A DNA stretch of 64,000 bases from Heptranchias perlo. Its lineage: Eukaryota. Below are positions 1-10,507 of the stretch, piece after piece (positions within the stretch are counted from its first letter, which is position 1; each line of letters begins with the position of its first letter). Under the pieces are notes generated by a model. That model was not told the DNA's origin. It saw nothing but the letters and a program-made list of their open reading frames with translations, and searched no databases. The position numbers were made by a program, and so were the translations under genes. The stretch is from NCBI RefSeq assembly GCF_035084215.1, contig NC_090337.1:19592001-19656000 (forward strand), given 5' to 3'.

Positions 1-954
1 TCATGCCACGCCTAGTGCAAAATGAACGGAAGTATAATCCTGGGCTGGCTGTGCGCGAGTTCCAGATACGGACTCCGGATGTGCACCAGGAGTGCCAAAG
101 TGGAAAATCTCTTCTTGCATCCCCAATTTGAGCCGCCAGCTTCTAGAGAGGAGGGGAGAAAATTCATGAAAAAAGATGTTTGCCCAGCACTTTCTCTTGA
201 AGATAGTGCTTCTTTAAGATCGGGCAAGTCAAGTTCGCAATTGAAAGTTGGACTTTCTTGACTGCGATAGATAAATGTCAGGCCGCTTCTGCTTCCTCAG
301 CGCTAACCAACAAACTTAATGTCACTCCTATTGAGGCAGCCCTTCATTTCCTGTTCTATACAGTGTATTATTGGATGTATGACATGTAACTGGACAAATG
401 CTTCCTGTTGATCGAACCAATGTCCATACAAATACATGGCAATAAAGAAACCAGCAAAAGTTGACCAACTGCTTCAAAAAAGCTGCCACCACCGCAAGAA
501 AACTCACAACTGAGAAACGGCCCTGAATAGAAGCCTATGGAGTGTGATAGCAAATAATCACTCGGAAAGTGTAATGAGATACAGGCTTGGTACTTAAGCT
601 CTAAGTATATCCAACATTCCTTCACTTGTGTCGGAGGGGGATAAAAGCACATGAAAGGCTGAAGGGAGACGCAAATATTGAAGGCGCAAACATTATATTT
701 TTGGTGGTAGAGTGGGATCTGGGGACAATGCTTCTCCCAGAAAATGAAGTTTTGACACTTTATTTGGTGCACTGTTCAATATTTTTGAATCTAAAATGAA
801 CATAGGCACTATTCATCTCAAAAGGAAAGGACTTAATTTTAATGAAACCTACTCTGTCTTTGCCATTTTAGGAATGAATTGTTTTTCTTTACATTTTAAT
901 ACTTCTTTATCCCAGTAGCAGCAGATAATTTATTCTTGGGAGAACAAAACGTAT

Positions 955-1705
955 TGGCCCAGATTTTGCTGCCAAAATAACGGCGAGTTTAATAGCTCTC
1001 GCCGTTATTAATGTGTAAATCGTCCAGCAGCTTGTGGCAAGGAAGAGATACCCCGTGAATTGTGAGTTGCCACAAGTTGCTGGATGATTTGCACCGCTCC
1101 GCTGTCAGCCTCGCGAAAAAGGCAGCTCGCCCTCAACCTCCCCGTGAGTTTCATGAAATTGCTGCATTTGCACATTAATTGCCAATTAAACTCACCACAG
1201 AAAGTTAGCTATTTAACAACGTAAGTACCTTTTTAATAAGGAAATTTATGTTCCTGCAATGCCATTCAACCTCTCCAGCCCAGAAAGGGAACAATTGAAA
1301 CTGTGGAGACTTATCCCTACAGGTAGTAAATTGTTCTTAGAGATTTTTAAAATTAAAAGTTTTTTCTCACTTTTCCTTTCTGCCTTTTTTTTCTCTCTCT
1401 TAATTCAATCTTTCCCTCACTTTGTTTCTCTTTCTGTACCTGATTCAACTCTAATTCACCCTATTTCCTTTTCTGTCGTTTATCTGTTTCTTTCTCAATC
1501 CTTAAATCTCATTAGTTTAAGGAGATAGACTGTAGGTCCCGTTGTTTACCAAGGTCCCAGATGCCCCGTTGCCCTTGCTGCGCCGTTAGTAGTTCACACT
1601 TCCAGCAACTTACAGGGCAAACATTTTTCAAGATGAAGGATGAGGGAAAAAGTCTAACTAACTGGGCAGGCCATGAGATGCCCTACTCCAGCAAAATCTG
1701 GGCCA
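955..1705. mobile_element. Non-autonomous DNA transposon (MITE, probably PIF/Harbinger-type)
   Basis: Perfect 17-bp terminal inverted repeat TGGCCCAGATTTTGCTG (955-971) / CAGCAAAATCTGGGCCA (1689-1705). No coding capacity. TSD not clean (att/atc if the TIR starts at 956). Confidence 0.8.
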
Positions 1706-2004
1706 TCCAGTTTTGTTTTAAAAAAATGCCAAAAGCAATTAGAGGGTTTTAACCCAATCTTCTTGTTTCTCAGGTCATTCCAGTCAGGACTGTAGGCAGC
1801 ACACTTTGAATTGTGAAGGTCCTTGCAAAGGTATGCTTTTCCTCCCAGCAACTGGTCCAAAGTATCCTCCGCTGGAAAATATTGAATTTTTTATGTTAAA
1901 AGTGATTGCATTCTGGTTAATGTTAAACAATTTTATACTTCACAATTGATAGATTTTTAATCTAAAAAAAGGAAAAACAATTTGTGTTTTCAAAAGACCA
2001 ACCA

Positions 2005-2700
2005 GGCCCAGCTTCCCCAAAAGCAGCTCTCTCTCCCGCTCCAACCCTCCCAGTTCGTGCTGGCATTCTTTTCCCCTCCAAACCCTGCTTTAAGCTGTAA
2101 CTCTTCTTCCTCCCACCGTTTCAACGTGATACTTTGCTTCCCAGTTCATGCTGCACTCTTCTACTCCTCCCCCCACCCTCAATTAATTCTGGCACTCCCC
2201 CTCCACCCCTTTCCTCACCTCCCACCTCAGTTAATTCTGGCATTCTCCTTCCCCTCTCCCCCCTCAATTGATTCTGACACGCTCCCTCTTCCCACCCCCA
2301 CCCCTCCCTCCTGACTCCCATTAGTGCTGGCACTGACCTCGCTTTCCTTCCCCAAGTTAATGTTGGCCCTCTCCTCCCATCGAAGCATCGCTTCTGGCTT
2401 CCCTCTGATCCCTAACTTCTGCTCCTAGCTTCTCTCAACTGTTACACACAACATTTTCGGGTAGAGTGCTGCACCTGGCTTTTCTCCTCTCAATGCTCCC
2501 AAACCTTTGTTCCTTGCTCCTGCCTCCTCTCCACCTTAGAGCACTGCTTCCGACTGCTCGTCTTTTCCCCTGAAAGCGCGTTTCCTGGCTTCTCCCTTCT
2601 CTCCTCCCCCCCCCACCCAAAATGCTAATTGTGGCTTCTTGTTTCTCTCTTCTCCCCTGCTTTCCCTTCCTTTCTTCTTCCAATTGCCACACCCAAGCTC
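2005..2700. repeat. Pyrimidine-rich low-complexity tract with a degenerate ~40-45-bp unit
   Basis: C/T-rich sequence with a recurring ttaattctggca-like core at about 2183, 2231, 2270 and 2320. Confidence 0.6.
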
Positions 2701-3338
2701 CTACCTGATGTGATTGACACTGCTGCAGACTATTGGGCCGATTTTAACCCTGCGGAAACTGGATGGGGGCAGTTAAAATGGTCAGTGTGACTTGCCGGCA
2801 TCGAGCCCCTTGCCTTCCCACAGGTTGCAATGTTAAATTGCTATTTTGAGCAACCAAGAGGGATATGAGCTGGAAGCCAGCAAGGTCCTTCTTTAAATAT
2901 GCAGATTCAGCTCCGATTACATCATCTGGGCCCGACTGCAATTTTAACCAGAGACAAAAGTTACATTTTGTTTTGTTTTTGTTTTGTTGTCCACCAGGAG
3001 GAGCAGGAGTGCTCCTCCATGCCCCACAAGGAGGGGGAAAAGCGACAGAGGGTGCAGAATTCTTAAATTGCATTCAGGAGAACTTTTTCAGCCAGTACGT
3101 AGTAAGCCCAACAAGAGGGAGGGCAGCTCTGGTTTTAGTTTTGGGGAATAAAGCTGGGCAGGTGGAAGGAGTAGCAGTGGGAAAGCATTTTGGTGGTCGT
3201 GATCATAATTCAGTTAGATTTAGCATAGTTGTGGAAAAGGGCAGAATTAGAACAGGAGTAAAAGTTCTAAATTGGGAAAAGGCCAATTTTACTAAGCTGA
3301 GAAGTGATTTAGCAAAAGTGGACTGGAAACAGTTACTT

Positions 3339-4464
3339 TTTGATTCATTCATGGGACGTGTGCGTCGCTGGCAAGGCCAGCATTTATTGCCCATCCCTAA
3401 TTGCCCTTGAGAAGGTGGTGGTGAGCCGCCTTCTTGAACCGCTGCAGTCCGTGCGGTGAAGATTCTCCCACAGTGCTGTTAGGAAGGGAGTTCCAGGATT
3501 TTGACCCAGCGACGATGAAGGAACGGCAATATATTTCCAAGTCGGGATGGTGTGTGACTTGGAGGGGAACGTGCAGGTGGTGTTGTTCCCATGTGCCTGC
3601 TGCTCTTGTCCTTCTAGGTGGTAGAAATCGCGGGTTTGGGAGGTGCTGTCGAAGACGCCTTGGTGAGTTGCTGCAGTGCATCCTGTGGATGATACACACT
3701 GCAGCCACTGTGCGATGGTGGTGAAGGGAGTGAATGTTTAGGCTGGTGGGTGGGGTGCCAATCAAGTGGGCTGCTTTGTCCTGGACAGTGTCGAGCCTCT
3801 TGAGTGTTGTTGGAGCTGCACTCATCCAGGCAAGTGGAGAGTATTCCATCACACTCCTGACTTGTGCCTTGTAGATGGTGGAAAGGTTTTGCTGAGTCAG
3901 GAGGTGAGTCACTTGCTGCAGAATACCCAGCCTCTGACCTGCTCTTGTAGCCACAGTATTTATGTGGCTCATCCAGTTAAGTTTCTGGTCAATGGTGAGC
4001 CCAGGATGTTGATGGTGGGGGATTCAGCAATGGTAATGCCGTTGAATGTCATGGGGAGGTGGTTAGACTCTCTCTTGTTGGAGATGGTCATTGCCTGGCA
4101 CTTGTCTGATGCGAATGTTACTTGCCACTTATCAGCCCAAGCCTGGATGTTGTCCAGGTCTTGCTGCATGTGGGCACGGACTGCTTCATTGTCTGAGGGG
4201 TTGCGAATGGAACTGAACACTGTGCAATCATCAGCGAGCATCCCCATTTCTGACCTTATGATGGAGGGAAGGTCATTGATGAAGCAGCTGAAGGTGGTTG
4301 GTATTAGGACACTGCCCTGAGGAACTCCTGCAGCAATGTCCTGGGGCTGAGATGATTGGCCTCCAACAACCACTACCATCTTCCTTTGTGCTCGGTATGA
4401 CTCCAGCCACTGGAGAGTTTTCCCCCGATTCCCATTGACTTCAATTTTACTCGGGTTCCTTGGT
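3339..4464 (-). mobile_element. LINE 3' fragment (CR1/L2-group, second family) inserted in the CR1
   Basis: RT peptides GVPQGSVL..FINDL..LADD and YKAQVRSVMEY. 3' end GGGCAATTAGGGATGGGCAATAAATG...CATGAATGAAT. Removing it restores the host frame DWKQLL|EDYSVPEQWEAFK. Confidence 0.92.
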
Positions 4465-4666
4465 GAAGATTACTCAGTGCCAGAGCAGTGGGAGGCATTC
4501 AAGGGGGAGATTCAAGGGGTTTAGAGTAAGCATGTCCCCACAAAGTTAAAGGGTGGGACTGCCAAATCTATAGCCCCCTGGATGACAAGGGGCATTCAGA
4601 GTAAGATAAGGCAAAAAAGGGAAGCTTATGTCAGACACCAAGAGCTCAATATTGCAGAAAGCCGAG

Positions 4667-4832
4667 AAGTACCTGGACATGCACCTAAAGTGCAGTAAGC
4701 TGCAGGGGTACGGACCGGGTGCTGGAAGGTGGGATTAGAATGGGCACCTGGTTGTTCTTCGAGCTGATGCGGAGACGATGGGCTGAATGGCTACCTTCTG
4801 TGCTGTATCTTTTCTATGGTTCTATGGTTCTA
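4667..4832 (+). mobile_element. Short CR1 3'-end fragment nested in the CR1
   Basis: Matches the CR1 3' UTR seen at 8636-8788 and ends in (TTCTATGG)n. Host ORF2-like sequence resumes afterwards. Confidence 0.8.
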
Positions 4833-5924
4833 GGAGAAAGCGCAGGAGTGAAATTAAATGGAAATTAGGAAAGCAAAAAGAGGGCATGAAAAAATACTGG
4901 CAAGTAAAATTAAGGAAAACACAAAAATGTTTTATAAATACATAAAGAGAAAGAGGCAACTCAGGAAAGAGGAGGGCCTATTAGAGACCAAAAAGGTAAC
5001 CTATGTTTGAAGGCAGAAGATGTGTGTACGGTTCTTAATGAATACTTTGCATCTGTCTTCACAAAAGAGGGGGACGATGCAGAGATTGTAGTTAAGGAGG
5101 AGGAGTGTGAAATATTGGATGGGATATCAATGTGAGAGAGGAAGTATTAAGGGGTTTAGCATCTTTGAAAGTAGATAAATCGCGAGGCCTGGATGAAATG
5201 TATCCCAGGCTGCTAAGAGAAGCAAGGGAGGAAATAGCAGAGGCTCTGACCATCATTTTCCAATCCTCCCTGGCTACAGGCGTGGTGCCGGAGGATTGGA
5301 GGACTGCCAACATTGTACCGTTGTTTAAAAAGGGAGAAAAAGATAGACCGAGTAATTATAGGCCAGTCAGTCTAGCCTCGGTGGTGGGCAAATTATTGGA
5401 ATCAATTCTGAGGGACAGCATAAATCATCATTTAGAAAGGCATGGGTTAATCAAGGACAGTCAGCATGGATTTGTTAAGGGAAGATCATGCCTGCCTCAC
5501 TTGATTGAATTTTTTGAGCAGGTAACAAAGGGGGGGTCGATGAGGGTAACGCATTTGGTGTAGTGTACATGGATTTTAGCAAGGCTTTTGACAAGGTCCC
5601 ACATGACAGACTGGTCAAAGAAGTAAAAGCCCATGAGATCCAAGGGAAAGTGGCTAGTTGGATCCAAAATTGGCTCAGTGGCAGGAAGCAAAGGGTAATG
5701 GTCGACGGGTGTTTTTGCAACTGGAAGGATGTTTCCAGTGGGGTTCCGCAAGGCTCAGTACTAGATCCCTTGCTTTTTGTGGTATATATTAATGATTTGG
5801 ACTTGAATGTGGGGGTCTTGATCAAGGGGCCCGATGTTAGCAGGACTGCGGGTTTTCGGTGGGGGGGCTATCGGGCGCGTGACTAACGTGCCCGGTGAAA
5901 TTAGTCAGTTTCCCGCGCAATTGT

Positions 5925-6046
5925 AGGATCCAATCCACTAATTGGTTCCACTTACCTGCTCCTCCGGGTTTCCCACTGCTGATCTGCGCGTCGGGCGGGC
6001 TGCGCATGCGCAGTAAGATCTGTCAGCTGGAGGAGCTCTATTTAAA
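5925..6046 (+). promoter_or_regulatory. Putative internal promoter of the Harbinger Myb gene
   Basis: CCAAT/ATTGG boxes near 5930-5945, GC box GGGCGGG 5993-5999, palindrome CTGCGCATGCGCAG 6000-6013 (NRF1 consensus) and TATTTAAA 6039-6046, all upstream of ATG 6097. Confidence 0.5.
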
Positions 6047-6096
6047 GGGGCAGTCCTCCACTGACAGATGCTGCAACAAATAGCAAAAATTACAGC

Positions 6097-6341
6097 ATGG
6101 AACAGCCCAGGGGGAAGGCTGCTCCCAGTCTAATGATGCCTCACTCCAGGTATCAATATGTGGGGTGAGGAGGAGGGAGAGGACAGAGATCTTCCTCCCG
6201 GCGTGCGGGAGGAAGCGGCCTGCCTCTGCCACCAGGAAGGCCTGGCTCGAGGTGGCAGAGGAGGTCACCAGCGCAACCAACATATCGCCCACCTGCATAC
6301 AGTGCAGGAGGCGCTCCAACGACCTCAGTAGGTCAGCCAAA
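6097..6341 (+). pseudogene. Harbinger Myb/SANT-like (trihelix) DNA-binding protein, exon 1, frameshifted
   Basis: MEQPRGKAAP../..GVRRRERTEIFLP..RKAWLEVAEEVTS..TCIQCRRRSNDLSRSAK, followed by donor GTGAGT at 6342. The pattern is typical of MSANTD/NAIF1-like Harbinger ORFs. Confidence 0.8.
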
Positions 6342-6869
6342 GTGAGTACACGTAGTCTTTCCCCTACACTCCGTCTGCCACATCACTGCCCCCACCCCAC
6401 ATCTCCTTCAGCACTGCCAACACAACTCTGTCACATCACCCCTCATACCCACTCAAACCTCATCCTCATCTTACCTGCACTTACTCACCTCGCCAGTACT
6501 CATCCCGCCACTACCACTCAACCCAATCCTCATACAATCTCATGGCTCTATCTCATACTCACCCTCTCATGCATCTCTTTCACAGCCAGCCTCACTCAAC
6601 CTGCCACTACCTGTGCTGCAGCCACAGGGCATGCATCACATATGTGCAGTAGGCAGCGTAAGGCAAACGTGTCGTGAGCATGAAGGGGATGCACAAGGGT
6701 GTCTGAGGGTTTGTCATGGGTGTTACTTATATTGAATTTCTGACCAACTCACATTACATATTATATTGTCACCACTACTGCCATGTCTTTGCGAATCCTG
6801 TCTGGTTTGTGCAATAATGCCCTCTCCTGAGGATCACTATGAGGACCCACAACTTATGCCACTCATTGT

Positions 6870-7345
6870 GTCACTGCAGAGTGGGTGTAGGTATATTTGC
6901 AGGGCTCTTTTGCGCAGACGACTGAGAGACATCGGCGATGTCCCCGGTTGCACCCTGGAAGGATGCGGAGGAGAAGTTGTTGAGGGCAGTGGTGACTTTG
7001 TCAACGACTGGTACTCGGGCCAGCCAGGAGCAGCTCGGCATGAAAGAGGCTGCAGATGTCCACGACTACATGTCGAGTGACTCTGAGCCTCCGTGTGCAT
7101 TGCTGCTCAGAGAGGTCCAGGAAGCTGAGCCTCGGTCTGTGGACCCTGTGGCGAGGGTAGTGCCCTCTGCGATGCATCTCTCTCTGTGGTAGCCCTCCCT
7201 CCTGCTGTACAGGTGGATGTGTCACAGCACTCTGTTGTGGAGCTCCACGTGTCAGAGGTGGACGGCGTGGATGGCGAGGCTGGTGAGGCTGGTGATGCTG
7301 TTCGCCCTCCGAGGAGGTCATGACTGCAGCTACGGCGGCCCCCAT
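6870..7345 (-). pseudogene. HARBI1-like Harbinger transposase N-terminal remnant (DDE core absent)
   Basis: HRPRLSFLDLSEQQCTRRLRVTRHVVVDICSL, then after a frameshift KVTTALNNFSSASFQGATGDIADVSQS. This matches the HARBI1-family N-terminal HTH region. Confidence 0.82.
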
Positions 7346-9570
7346 CCGCAAGATGTACATCTGAGGGGGTCCGCAAGGTAGGTACATGTCTCCGGACCCC
7401 GGGGTAAGTGTGCAGGTTGGTGACTTTGACTGTCAGGAGGAGGGTGGTGGAGGCCAAACTTTGTCCCAAGTGACAGAGTGGCCTCCTGCAATGGGGAAGG
7501 GTCTCCCCCCCAACCTGTCAAATTGACCTTTGCAGCTGCCACAGGCTGACAGCTGCAACACGTCCATTTGACCTGGGAGTGTTTCCCCCAGTGTGGGAAA
7601 CAGTCCCAGTTTGCTCTAAAATCCCACATAATCCTTTAATCAGGTCAGTTAATGACCTGAAATACCTAAATAAATACCTTCAAGTGGAATCCCACTGGCT
7701 TTAATTGCCTGCGGGATTCCCACCAGCGGGGGCTGCGCGCGCACGCCGGCGCGTCAGCGGGGAACCCGGAAGTGCGCGGGTTCGGGGCGGGCTCCGGTAC
7801 CGCGCCGGGATTCTCCGATTTTTGGAGCCCCCCCGCCAGGAACGCACCCGATAGCGGGTGCTAAAATAGAGCCCCATAAGTTTGCAGATGATACAAAAAT
7901 TGGCCATGTGGTTGATAGTGAGGAGGAAAGTTGTAGACTGCAGGAAGATATCAATGGACTGGTCAGGTGGGCAGAAAAGTGACAAATGGAATTCAATCCA
8001 AAGAAGTGTGAGGTAATGCATTTGGGGAGGGCAAACAAGGCAAAAGAGTACACAATAAATGGGAGATACTGAGAAGTGTAAAAGAACAAAGGGACCTTGG
8101 AGTGCAAGTCCACAGAGCCCTGAAGGTAGCAGCACCGGTAGATATGGTGGTTAAAAAGGCATATGTGATACTTTCCTTTATTAGCTGAGGCATAGACTAT
8201 AAGAGCAGGGAGGTTATGCTAGAACTGCATAAAACATTGGTTAGGCCACAGCTTGAGTACTGCGTACAGTTCTGGTCACCACATTACAGGAAAGATGTGA
8301 TTGCACTGGAGAGGGTACAAAGGAGATTTACAAGGATGCTGCCAGGGCCGGAGAATTTTAGCTATGAAAAAAGATTGGATAGGCTGGGATTGTTTTCTTT
8401 GGAACAAAGGAGGCTGAGGGGAGATTTAATTGAGGTATATAAGATGATGACAGGACTAGATAGAATGGATAGGGAGGACCTATTTCCCTTAGCAGAGGGG
8501 TCAGTGACCAGGGGGCATAAATTTAAAGTAATTGGTAGAAACTGAGGAGAATTTTTTTCACCCAGAGAGTGGTGGGGGTCTGGAACTCACTGCCTGAAAG
8601 GGTGGTAGAGGCAGAAACCCTCAACTCATTTAAAAAGTACTTGGATGTGCATTTGAAGTGCCTTACCCTACAGGGCTACGGACCGTGCTGGAAAGTGGGA
8701 TTATGATCGATAGCTATTTTTTGGCCGTCACGGACACGATGGACTGAATGGCCTCCTTCTGTGCTGTAACTTTCTATGATTCTATGATAAGGAAACCTTA
8801 GGCCTTCCCTGCCCTGGGCTTCCCTCTCCTTCCCCCAACCACAGTGCCCTCCTGAACCCCCCCCTCCCACCCCAACCCCGAACCACTTACCTAAGTGCTG
8901 GGGACTGTTCCTTTGGATCCTCAGTGGCAGCCTCCTGCTGCCCGATATCCCGCTTCCGTCCGCCCACCAGCGAGCTAGCACTCATCACCGGGTTGGGCGG
9001 GAGACTGACTATGCCGATGAGGCCCGAGAGTTAAAATATCCTGGGCCTCACGCTATGGAGGGCCGGACAGTTTGCTGTCTGCCTCGACCCCCGCCCAAAT
9101 GACTCCTCCGCAAGTTAAAATTGGCCCTTGTGAATGGGCATTCCCAATCTTGCCACAACTCCCACCTACAATGTGGAGCAGCATGAATCCATTTACATTG
9201 AATTTCATTAATGCACTTCATTTAAGTTCCACTCATAGGAGTACCAGTGGTTAGGAGCACGGGAGCGATTCTTGGGGAAAAAGCCTGGTCCAGACTGATT
9301 TTGATCAATGGATATGGGCAATGGCACCAAAACGCTATCCATCCACATTAAAGGCAGACGCTTCACATGTATATACTCAGCTGAACTTGCTTTGGAACGG
9401 ATTGACTCATGACAAAGTATAGAGTCTGCGAGCTGCAGGTAGATCATGTCATTATGTTCCCCCACTCCCAGCTTATTCTGCCTCACCTATTATTATAAAG
9501 TGACACTAAACCAAAAATCATCCAGGAACAAGTTGAGCACCGGCTACATAATCAAGATTTGGTAGGATAA

Positions 9571-9920
9571 CAGAAACTTGTGTTTATATAGTGCCTTTAA
9601 CATAAGAAAACGTTCCTGGGCACTTCTTAGAATTGTAATCAGTCAAAAATGGACACCGAGCCAAAGGAGGAGATATCGGGAGGGGTAACTAAAAAACTTG
9701 GTCAAAGAGGTATGTTTTAATGAGGAGAGAGATGTGGGACGGTAGAGAGGTTTAGGGAGAGAATTTCAGAGCTTAGGGCCTAGACGGCAAAGGCATGGCC
9801 GCCAATGATGGGGGTAAGGTAGGGGGGATGCACAAGAGGGTCGAAACCAGAGGAACGCAGTGTTCTCAGACGGTTGTAGGACTGGAGGAGGTTACAAAGA
9901 TAAAGAAGAGGCAAGGGTTA
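9571..9920 (-). mobile_element. L2-type LINE 3' fragment
   Basis: Reverse complement of the ...aaaggcgctatataaatgcaagttg-type tail also seen at 24492-24695 and 38450-38600. Confidence 0.7.
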
Positions 9921-10507
9921 GGAATAGCAAAGCCTGGCGGATGGCAGCCTCATTATATTTAAATTATTTTGGCCGGTTTTCAATTGCAGCTGTTTTTTTT
10001 TTATTGCTTCATAATATTTTTGAATTGTGTTCCTCTTGCAAATTCCCAGATAGCTGGATAGTATGTAGCATTGGGATCTCTTGTGCAGAACTGCTAAGAC
10101 TGTATAAATAGGCTGAGCTGGAAATGATTTTCTCAGAGGCTAAATAAGAACATAAGAAGGTAGGAATGCGAAAAGGTCATTCAGCCCATTTTGCTTACCC
10201 TCTCATTTAGTCCATGCACATGTAATGATCTAGTTGTAACGTAGACGGCAAATCATAGGAAAAGAATGGGGAGTGCTGCTCTCAGCACACTGTCCTTCTT
10301 TGTGATGTTATTATATAGTGGAATTACATAATGCGACATAAAGAAGATGTCTGACAGCTTCCAGGCTGTTTCTAACTAACACTTCCAAAATATTAAAGTC
10401 TGAAGGCTTTTTCATATTAAGTTAGTGCTGTGGGTCCTATTCAGCTGACATGATGACCGATTAATGCACCTGGTATTGTAAGAGCAGCAGCAGCAGTGGA
10501 GACCCAG

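Larger units (their letters stand above)
5826..7875. mobile_element. PIF/Harbinger DNA transposon, internally deleted derivative
   Basis: TIRs GGGGCCCGATGTTAGCA / TGCTAAAATAGAGCCCC (14/17 match). Carries convergent Myb/SANT (+) and transposase (-) remnants. Inserted immediately before the KFADD motif of the host CR1 RT. Confidence 0.88.
3033..8788 (+). mobile_element. 5'-truncated CR1 LINE (end of endonuclease, RT and 3' UTR), degenerate and interrupted three times
   Basis: ORF2 peptides FLNCIQENFFSQYVVSPTRG, VPEDWRTANIVPLFKKG, YMDFSKAFDKVPH, SGVPQGSVL, KFADD, VRPQLEYCVQFWSPH. Tail is (TTCTATGA)n. Flanked by AAGGA at 3028-3032 and 8789-8793 (possible TSD). Confidence 0.92.
2735..9127. mobile_element. 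Harbinger-type MITE split by a 5.8-kb composite CR1 insertion
   Basis: Imperfect TIRs GGGCCGATTTTAACCCTGCGGA (from 2735) and TCCGCAAGTTAAAATTGGCCC (9107-9127). The MITE arms are 2735-3032 and 8789-9127. Confidence 0.7.

Noticed and set aside
1-330. CpG-containing window start as exon or promoter (CGGAAGT ETS-like site)
   Set aside because: It is truncated by the window edge. Several short frames are open but none is recognisable.
5821-7880. 3-bp TSD for the Harbinger element
   Set aside because: The flanks (caa / ata) do not match, so no TSD is claimed.
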